Origin: Bacillota bacterium
GTDB taxonomy: Bacteria > Bacillota > Clostridia > Peptostreptococcales > Anaerovoracaceae
Assembly: GCA_017428655.1 (NCBI GenBank)
Contig: JAFRQL010000105.1
Coordinates: forward strand, 1 to 51,580
Length of the DNA stretch: 51,580 bases
Reading direction: 5' to 3'
Both the position numbers and the translations under genes were made by a program. The notes beneath the pieces were generated by a model. It was not told the DNA's origin. It made no database searches and worked only from the letters and a program-made list of their open reading frames with translations. Of this stretch, positions 17,916 to 25,400 are shown one piece after another (positions within the stretch are counted from its first letter, which is position 1; each line of letters opens with the position of its first letter).

Positions 17916-18323
17916 TTACAGGTTCTTGATTATGGTGAGGATGTTCTTTCCGCCCTCGTAGGAGTAGCGGACGTCGTCCATGGTCTCCTTCACCAGAAGG
18001 ATGCCCAGGCCTCCGTCCCTGGCGAGGAGGGCTTCCTCAGAAGTGTCCGCATCGGCCTTTGCCAGGGGATCGAAGGGCTTGCCGTGGTCCATGAACTGGA
18101 TGACCACCCTGAGGGGATCCTCCAGGACCTCGCAGTGGACCTCGGCGGGTCCCACCTCGGGATCGTAGGCGTAGCTTGAGATGTTGACGAAGATCTCTTC
18201 GACGGCAAGGCGCACCTGAAGCTGGATCCGCTGGGGGCAGCCCCGTTCTTCAAGCTTGCCGAGAACGAACCCGTTGACGACGTCGAGATTGGGGATCTCG
18301 GCCGTTACAGTGATATTCTCCAT
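17916..18323 (-). CDS. Anti-sigma-factor-type serine kinase (RsbW/SpoIIAB-like, HATPase_c_2)
   Basis: 135 aa. Has LAVEEIFVNISSYAY (N-box-like), DHGKPFDP and GGLGILLVKETMDDV (G-boxes). Sits between the STAS and PP2C genes. Confidence 0.8.
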   Translation of the reverse strand: MENITVTAEIPNLDVVNGFVLGKLEERGCPQRIQLQVRLAVEEIFVNISSYAYDPEVGPAEVHCEVLEDPLRVVIQFMDHGKPFDPLAKADADTSEEALLARDGGLGILLVKETMDDVRYSYEGGKNILTIIKNL

Positions 18324-18334
18324 GTCGTCCTCCT

Positions 18335-18643
18335 TTAATCCACGAATTTGAAGAGCCTGGTGAACCCAGTGACTTCAAGTACCTCCATGATCGATTTGTC
18401 TACGTTCTTGACGGAGAGGACGCCGCCCTTGCGGCGAAGATCCATGTAGATCCGCTTGAAGGTGCGAAGGCCCGCGCTGGAGATGTACTCCAGCTGCTCC
18501 ATGTCCAGAAGCAGATCGTCGTACTTGGAGGCGACATCCACCAGGATGTCCTCGACCTCGTATGCGTTGGTCGCGTCGATGAAGCCCTTGAGCTTGACCT
18601 CAGCGTCTTTTCCATGCTTGATAAGGCTTATATCCATGCTCAT
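18335..18643 (-). CDS. STAS-domain anti-anti-sigma-type protein (RsbV/SpoIIAA-like)
   Basis: 102 aa. The YISSAGLRTF motif contains the phosphorylatable Ser. SD is CAGGAGGT 9 nt upstream. The ATG overlaps the stop of the upstream gene (ATGA, 18640-18643). Confidence 0.85.
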   Translation of the reverse strand: MSMDISLIKHGKDAEVKLKGFIDATNAYEVEDILVDVASKYDDLLLDMEQLEYISSAGLRTFKRIYMDLRRKGGVLSVKNVDKSIMEVLEVTGFTRLFKFVD

Positions 18644-19299
18644 ATACCGGTTACCTCCTGTACTGATACATTTTCATTCTTTGGTTCTTCTTCTGGGATT
18701 GGAGTTTCCTGAGGAGCGGGGCCTTCCGGCTCCGGTCCTGCCGCTGCGGCATCCTGGGGCGGAACCTGCATGCTTTCCTCAGGCTGCTTTTTCTTCTTTT
18801 CCCTCTTTTTCTTCGCGGGCTTGGGGGGCTCCTCTTCGGAGAGCCTGATGCTGCCCGGGAGTTCCCCGGCCAGAGCCTTCAAAGCCCTGTTTATGGAGAT
18901 CAGCCCGCTGATCCCCCTGCCTGCCCAGGCGGTCACGTAGGGGACCTCGCCCTCGTATTCCAGGGTGATCACCACGGGCCTGGTCATAACATATCTGATG
19001 AAGCAGGCTCTCACGTCCGGAAGCTCCTGCAGTATCAGGGCCCGCCCTATGTTCTGCATTGCCTTGGGGACCGCGGCCATCACCGAGAGCCTGGGCTCTT
19101 TGGTATCCAGCCGCCTGGCCTTCCTCGCCAGACCGAAGAACCTTACCGCTCCGGCTCCGTCGCTGATGCCTATGGGGAGCCTGAAATCGTTCTTCGGGAT
19201 GGAACTGAGCCTGCCGTCCTCGGTGGGGAGCATCCTGCCCATCAAAACGTTTTTTACTTCTTTTTCTGTCGTCATCTCTATCCGGCTTCTCTGCTGCAT
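18640..19299 (-). CDS. Hypothetical protein, 219 aa, globular N-part plus lysine/proline/glutamate-rich C-tail
   Basis: ORF is translationally coupled to the STAS gene and begins 7 nt after the coupling-protein stop. No family recognised and no clear SD. Confidence 0.55.
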   Translation of the reverse strand: MQQRSRIEMTTEKEVKNVLMGRMLPTEDGRLSSIPKNDFRLPIGISDGAGAVRFFGLARKARRLDTKEPRLSVMAAVPKAMQNIGRALILQELPDVRACFIRYVMTRPVVITLEYEGEVPYVTAWAGRGISGLISINRALKALAGELPGSIRLSEEEPPKPAKKKREKKKKQPEESMQVPPQDAAAAGPEPEGPAPQETPIPEEEPKNENVSVQEVTGI

Positions 19300-19305
19300 C
19301 CGGGA

Positions 19306-21360
19306 CTAATTATCCCCGGAGCCCGCGGCCTGGTCCATGCCCAGGACCTTCTCGTTCCTCTCGCTGAGGTCGTAGTAGATCTCGTCCGCCCTGAACATCT
19401 GGCTGCGGATCTCGGTGAGATCCATTGGCCCGAATTTATAGTACGGACACTTGTAGGACGGGGTGTACTTGGTCTTCATGGGGAAGGAGTTGAAGGAAAC
19501 TATGATGGAGTTTCCGGTGCTCTCCTGGTTGTTGAGCCTCTGAAGCTCGCTGGGGTAGATCAGCGGGCGCACCTGGGTGTTGCTGGAGACGTTGATGTCT
19601 CCCGACTTGCTCCCCAGTGAGCTGGACGTGCTGGTCGTCCTTACGGTCATGTTGCCGCACATCTCGGAGAACATCTTGCAGGTGTCGGTGTCGTTGGATC
19701 CGATGAACATATTGACGCCGCAGGTGCCTATGACGATGTCCGCGACCTCCTTGCCATAGACGTTGGTCAGCTGGACGAAGGACTGGACGACCATGGAGAA
19801 CCAGATCTTTCTGGAACGTCCGACGGTGATCATCTGGCCGAACTTGTCGATCTTGGGCATGTTTCCGAACTCGTCCATGATGAAGTAGACGTTTCTCGGA
19901 AGGGTCTGGCCCGGCAGGTTGGTCGCCACCTTGATGAGAGCCTTGTATGTGCTCAGGATGAACAGGGACGCCAGGAAGTGGCGGGTGTCCTTTTCATCGG
20001 GTATCTTGAGGAACAGCGCCGTGGGCTCGAAGGCGAACCGGTCGGCGTGGATGTCGGTGGTGCTGGTGAGGCCGCAGAGACCGCGGTCGTTGAAGATGCT
20101 CATCTTGTCGAAGGTGATGGACATGTAGGAGCCCAGGGTCGCCTCCGGGGCGGTCATGACCTGACGGGACAGCTGGTAAGCCTGGGAGAGCTTGCTCCTG
20201 CCCTCGAAGTAGTCCTTGAGCACCTTGTAATTGTTGTCCGAGTTGCCCAGGGCCTTGTTGACGTTGAACAGGTTGAACTTGTCCTTGGTCATGCCCAGCT
20301 TGGGATCGGTGCTGTCCTCAAGCATGGCCAGGACCGTCGCCATGACGATGCTCCTGGCGCCGCGCTCCCACAGGGGATCCTTCTCGTTCTGGATGGGGAT
20401 GAGTCCGCCTATAAGATCCGAAAGATCCTCGTACATCTCGTCGTAGATCTTCTGCTGGGCCACCGATACGTCGTCCCTGCAGTGGCCGAGATCCAGGTAG
20501 GCCTTGCCGTCCCATTCGACCCAGGGCTCGCCCTCCTCCGCTTCGCCGTTCATCCTGCGAAGATCCGGATAGTCGGACATGGGGTCGGTGTGGGCGGTTA
20601 TGCCCTCTCCGGCCTTGACGTATTCCTGATAGGCGTCCCAGATGGGCTCCAGCGGGTTCCAGCGGCTGGAAGAGTAGGTGTCTCTCAGGTCCAGGACCTG
20701 CACGTTGTAGCCTCTCTCCTTGAGGAAGGCGCTGTGAAGATCGAAGAGCTCGCCCTTGGGGTCCGTCATGATCATGGAGGACCCGCAGCTGGTAGCGCCC
20801 AGGAGCTGGATCATGGGGCTGATGAAGGTGGTGGTCTTACCGGAACCGGTGGCGCCTATGACCAGAGCGTGGACTCCGGGCTTGAAATTGCCCACCAGGT
20901 TGCCCTTCTTGTCCAGGACCGCCCTGACGGGGACTCCGTCCTTCTTGACCTCGCTGATCTTGTCGTAGCTGAAGGTCGGGAAGTACTTGTCCCTCTCTTC
21001 TTCGGTGAGGAAGCGGCTGTTCTCGAGGGAGCCCATGACCACGTCCTTGTCGGCGCCTTTTCCGCCCAGAAGCCCTCTTCCCTTTTTGCCGGTATTGATG
21101 AAGCCTCCGTTTATGGTGTAGATGGCGCCCATCAGAAGGTTCAGGATGAGACCCGTGAACCAGGTGGCGGGCTCTATGAGCATCCTCAGGCGGAAGCGCC
21201 AGGGCTCGCCCACGACCACCGATGAGATGTTCTCAAAGAGAAAGCGCAGCACGCAGCCCAGAAAGAGGGACGAGACGATGAATATGCCTATATATATGGC
21301 GATCGTCTGCTTGTCCAGCTCTTTGAATCTTTCCGCTATGCTGCCGAATAGTTTCTTCAT
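19306..21360 (-). CDS. Type IV secretion coupling protein (VirD4/TraG/TraD family ATPase) with N-terminal TM anchor
   Basis: 684 aa with two N-terminal TM helices. Walker A is HALVIGATGSGKTTTF; also MIMTDPKGELF and SSRWNPL. Walker B region is YFIMDEFGNMPKI. VVQSFVQL matches the family's Q-rich motif. Confidence 0.8.
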   Translation of the reverse strand: MKKLFGSIAERFKELDKQTIAIYIGIFIVSSLFLGCVLRFLFENISSVVVGEPWRFRLRMLIEPATWFTGLILNLLMGAIYTINGGFINTGKKGRGLLGGKGADKDVVMGSLENSRFLTEEERDKYFPTFSYDKISEVKKDGVPVRAVLDKKGNLVGNFKPGVHALVIGATGSGKTTTFISPMIQLLGATSCGSSMIMTDPKGELFDLHSAFLKERGYNVQVLDLRDTYSSSRWNPLEPIWDAYQEYVKAGEGITAHTDPMSDYPDLRRMNGEAEEGEPWVEWDGKAYLDLGHCRDDVSVAQQKIYDEMYEDLSDLIGGLIPIQNEKDPLWERGARSIVMATVLAMLEDSTDPKLGMTKDKFNLFNVNKALGNSDNNYKVLKDYFEGRSKLSQAYQLSRQVMTAPEATLGSYMSITFDKMSIFNDRGLCGLTSTTDIHADRFAFEPTALFLKIPDEKDTRHFLASLFILSTYKALIKVATNLPGQTLPRNVYFIMDEFGNMPKIDKFGQMITVGRSRKIWFSMVVQSFVQLTNVYGKEVADIVIGTCGVNMFIGSNDTDTCKMFSEMCGNMTVRTTSTSSSLGSKSGDINVSSNTQVRPLIYPSELQRLNNQESTGNSIIVSFNSFPMKTKYTPSYKCPYYKFGPMDLTEIRSQMFRADEIYYDLSERNEKVLGMDQAAGSGDN

Positions 21361-21389
21361 GGTCAGGATGCCTCCTTTCCGCTTCGCTT

Positions 21390-22472
21390 TTACTGTATGA
21401 TCTCGTGAGACCGGATCATGAGCCTTCCGCCTTCGGTCAGTTCGACTCCGAGGACGACCTGGACCGCGGCGGTCTCGCTGCTGATCCTTATCTCGGCTGC
21501 TCCCGGCTCATTCCCGGGCAGGATGAAGGCCTCGCAGAAGCCTCTGTCGCTGAATACGCCGCCGTCTCTTGCTGTTCCCTCGCTGCTGGTCTCGATGATC
21601 CAGTCGGACGGGAAGTCATAGATCACGGGATCCGGCCCCTCGGGGCGTTCCTCGGGCTCTGTGTAGTCCCCTTCGCTCTTGACCTTGGCGCTCTCATCGA
21701 CGGCGCCGGTGCTGACGATATCGAAGAGGGGCACCTTTTCATCGGTCCCTTCGAGATAGATGTAGATCTCTCCTTCCTCGACGGATATCCTTCCCTTGGG
21801 CCAGCTTGGATCGATGGGATATTCCTTGCCGTCGTAGACGAAGGTCGCCGGCTCGATCTGCTCCGCCGAGGCCTCCTCCTGAGAGGCTGCCCCGCCGAGG
21901 CTCATCACGATGACGGAAAGACCGCCGCCGTCCTCAGGATGGCAGACGTAGGTGTATCTTCCTTCCTGCGGGCCGTTCACCTGATCCTGGATCTGATATC
22001 CGGACCAGCTGAGCAGGCTCAGGTCGTAGCCCCCGCCGTTGGCAAGGGAATCGACGAGCAGATCCATCCTGTAGACGGCATTGCCCGACTGGTCGAAAAG
22101 ATCCAGGTCGAGATCGGAGCGGCCGACGCCGCTGGCCGAAACGGTGAAGGCCGTGCCGTCCTTGGGCTGCTTCTTATCCTTTTCTATGGTGAGTATCGAG
22201 GAGGGCTCCCGGTATTCCCAGACCCCTCCCGGCGTCGCCGAAGTATCGATCCTGAGCTTCAGCTGCCCGTCCTTGTCGACGCCCCAGCTGACGGGATAGG
22301 GAGTGCTCCCCTCCGCGGTCTTCATGACCGTCCTGCTGCCCCTGACTATAAGGGCGAGGATGACCACCGCAGCGACAACGGCGAGAAGGCACGCGATCAG
22401 GGTCACGGTGGACCTGATCCTCGCCTTCTCCGCTTCGCGGTCGCTCTCAAATATCAGTTCGTCTTTTGCCAT
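21390..22472 (-). CDS. Bitopic membrane protein, 360 aa (short cytoplasmic N-end, one TM, about 310-aa ectodomain); function unknown
   Basis: TM is VTLIACLLAVVAAVVILALIV at aa 23-43. Tightly packed between the giant protein gene and the coupling protein gene. Confidence 0.6.
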   Translation of the reverse strand: MAKDELIFESDREAEKARIRSTVTLIACLLAVVAAVVILALIVRGSRTVMKTAEGSTPYPVSWGVDKDGQLKLRIDTSATPGGVWEYREPSSILTIEKDKKQPKDGTAFTVSASGVGRSDLDLDLFDQSGNAVYRMDLLVDSLANGGGYDLSLLSWSGYQIQDQVNGPQEGRYTYVCHPEDGGGLSVIVMSLGGAASQEEASAEQIEPATFVYDGKEYPIDPSWPKGRISVEEGEIYIYLEGTDEKVPLFDIVSTGAVDESAKVKSEGDYTEPEERPEGPDPVIYDFPSDWIIETSSEGTARDGGVFSDRGFCEAFILPGNEPGAAEIRISSETAAVQVVLGVELTEGGRLMIRSHEIIQ

Positions 22473-22486
22473 AGCATCATACCGCC

Positions 22487-25400
22487 TTATTCGGTAACGG
22501 GGTCGGGAGCAGGCGCGTCTTCGGAACCGCCCGCGGAGCTGCTGTCAGAGGTGTCGCCGGCGGAAGATCCCGCATCGGAGGAGCTGCCGCTGTCAGAAGG
22601 AGCGTCTCCACCTTCAGACGGGGAAGCAGACTGGGAACCGCTCTCGCTCTGGCTGCCGCCCTCTTCCGTCGAGGCGCCCTGAGAGGGCGCTTCGGAGGAC
22701 CCTGAGCTGCCGGAGCTTTCAGATGAGCCGGAGGAGCCGGAACTGCCGGAGGATCCGGAGCTTCCGCTGCCGGACATCTCCGCGGCCCTTGCCGCTGCTG
22801 CGGCTGCGGCTGCCGCAGCGGCCGCCTCGTTGGCGCTCTGTTCGTTCTTCCAGAGGGTCACCGCGTTGGTCAGCTGGTCGGCCTCGGGATAGACCTTCAC
22901 GTCCACCGTGAACAGTATATCCTCGAGCTCCTGGCTCCTTACGGTGATCCTGTAGCTCAGATCGCGTCCGGTGAAGTTCCTGGGAGCGGTGAAGTTGACG
23001 TTCCCGTCGTTCCTGAAGCTTCCTGCGGACTTGGTCAGTTCGTTGATTATCGCCTCTACCTGAGCCGCGGCTTCTCTTTCCGCCGCGCTGTCTCCGCTGA
23101 TCCTGCTGAGCTTGGCGCTGCTCAGCAGCTGGGACAGGTAGCTGTCGGTATATCCGTGGGTCGCGCCCAGGCTGGCGGCGCTGGAGGCGCCGGTCTGCGG
23201 ATCGTAGTTCTCGATCTGGGCAGTGATACCCGAGGTGGAGCCGTGGACGGTGGGATCGATCCTCAGCACGTCGCCGGAATCCAGCAGGGTCGAGAGGTTC
23301 TCTCCCGAAGCCACGGTCTTGGCCTGGCTGGGCACTCCTATGGATGCGCTGCCGCTGTAGACCAGACCGGAGAGCAGGATGTCAGCAAGGCCGATATGGG
23401 CAGGCTTGCCCTGGACTATCAGCTGGTCGTAGACCCTGGTGATGGACCTTCCGCCGTTGCCAATGACAGCGGTGAGCCTGCTCAGCTTCCAGGAGGACGC
23501 GATGTAGCCTTCGCTGTTCCTGGGCTCCAGCTCGATGTATCTGAGCTCCGCCATCTCCGGGACCAGGACGCCGATCTCATCGACGCTTCCCGCGGCGAAG
23601 CCGCCTCCCTCGGACACGTAGCTTCTGATGTTGTCTATAGTGTATGTTCTCATCACGCCGTAGGAGTCGTAGTATCCGACGGTCATGGCGATGGGATCTG
23701 TGGTGCCGCTGTGGATGGAGCTGTCGTCTCCCGCGGTCTCAAGGGTGAGCCTGAGCAGACCGACGTTTCCGGAGAAGGGGTACCTGGCGGGCCTCTCCGA
23801 AGGCGAGACGGTGCCGCTGATGCTCCTGGTGAACAGGGTCTCTCCCTCAAAGCTCTGGGCTTCGACGTACATGTTCTGGATCTTCGCGTCCAGGCCTCCC
23901 TGGGCCGTTATGAAGGCTCCGGTGATGTCGCTGACGTTGCCCAGATCGAAATCGATCTCGATGAGCTGGCAGGGCGCGATCTGGGTGATGCCCAGGTCGG
24001 ACAGGTAGATGAACCTGCTCCTGAGCTCCTGGCCCGAGGGATCGTCTCCCTTGAAGAACAGCGCGATGGCAAGATCCTTGTTCATCGGATCCAGCTGCTG
24101 GGTCTTTATGTCCGGACTCATCTGCAGTATGAGCTTCTGAGTGCCGACCTCCTGGACCCTGTCCATGCTGAGGGTCCCGCCAAGGCCCGCGTTGGCCGTG
24201 CCGCCGAGATAGTAGCTCTCGATGAGCACTCCTCCCCTGACTCTCTGGAGCATGCCGTAGTTGATGGGCACGTGGAGATCTTCGGTGAGGGACATGGCCT
24301 TGACGTCGACTCCGTTGATGGCCTCCATGTTGCTGGTGTCGACGCCCAGGGCGTAGAACACGGGCACGTCGTTCTCGTCGACGGTGAACCTCATGGGTCC
24401 GGTGGAGTTCTGCATGGGCAGCTTGGTCATCACGTTGGTGTAGCGGATGGCGCCGGTCATGGTGTAGTTCTCGGGATCGCTGGTCTGATCGGTGATCTGC
24501 GGGTAGAGGAACAGGTTGACGGTGTCGTCCTTTGAGTTGGGCTCTCTCGGGACCACGGTGGTCCACTTGCCCTGCTCGCTGATGCTGATGGGGCTCTCCT
24601 TGAGGGCTATGTTGATCTCCGCGATGGAGTTGTTCTGGTCGGTCCTGTAGACCTGGACGTCCTTGGTCAGTGTCTCGGTCCTGGTCCAGGTGGTGATGAA
24701 GGTAGGCTCCATCCCGACGGGATAACCGTAGTCATACTCGCCGTTGGCGTTGATGAATCTGCGTCCGGTGCCGTTGACCAGGGAGATGTTTATATCCTGG
24801 ATGGGCCAGTTGGTGACCACGTTGCTCCTAAGCTGCAGCTGCATGTCCGCGAACTGGTAGATGTCCTTCACCGTGATCAGGAAGTTGTCGGTAGTGCTTG
24901 CCCTGAACTGGTAGTTGGGGTCGCTGACGTAGTAGTCCAGATCGTTCTCGGTGACCACGGCGTTGTCGTATTCGACGGTGCGGCTCTTGCTTCCGGTGCG
25001 TCCGGTGTACTTGTTCATCAGCTCGATGACGTCTATGCCCTTCTTGAACTGGAACAGTCCGTCGGTGTCGAAGTAGTGATAGGACATGGACATTCCGCCG
25101 GAGTAGACCTCGTCGTTGATCAGTATGCTCTTGCCGTTCTTGTCGGTGACCCTGTGGGTACCGTAATTTCCGGTGGTGATGCTGATGAGGAACTTGGCGT
25201 TGTAGCTGGATTCGGTGATCTGGTATACGGTGGCGATCTCGGAGGCGCTGTGGCCCGCGGCTCCCTTATAGCTGGCGTATTCGCCGGGATCCCTGTAATC
25301 GATGCCTACCCAGCCCAGACCGTTCTCGTCGTTGCTGGACGCGGTCCAGGTGGGGCTGAGAGCGTCGTTGGTCTCCTTTTCCACCGTGATGTATTCGATC

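Noticed and set aside
18640-19299. The 219-aa ORF as a possible sigma factor or relaxase accessory protein, given its position before the partner-switching genes.
   Set aside because: It has no region 2/4 sigma motifs, no HTH and no ribbon-helix-helix pattern. It is left as hypothetical.
22490-22835. Reiterated short DNA units that might suggest a CRISPR or VNTR array.
   Set aside because: The repeats are 9-nt codon-level reiterations inside a continuous ORF (GSS/Ala tracts). They have no spacer-repeat structure.
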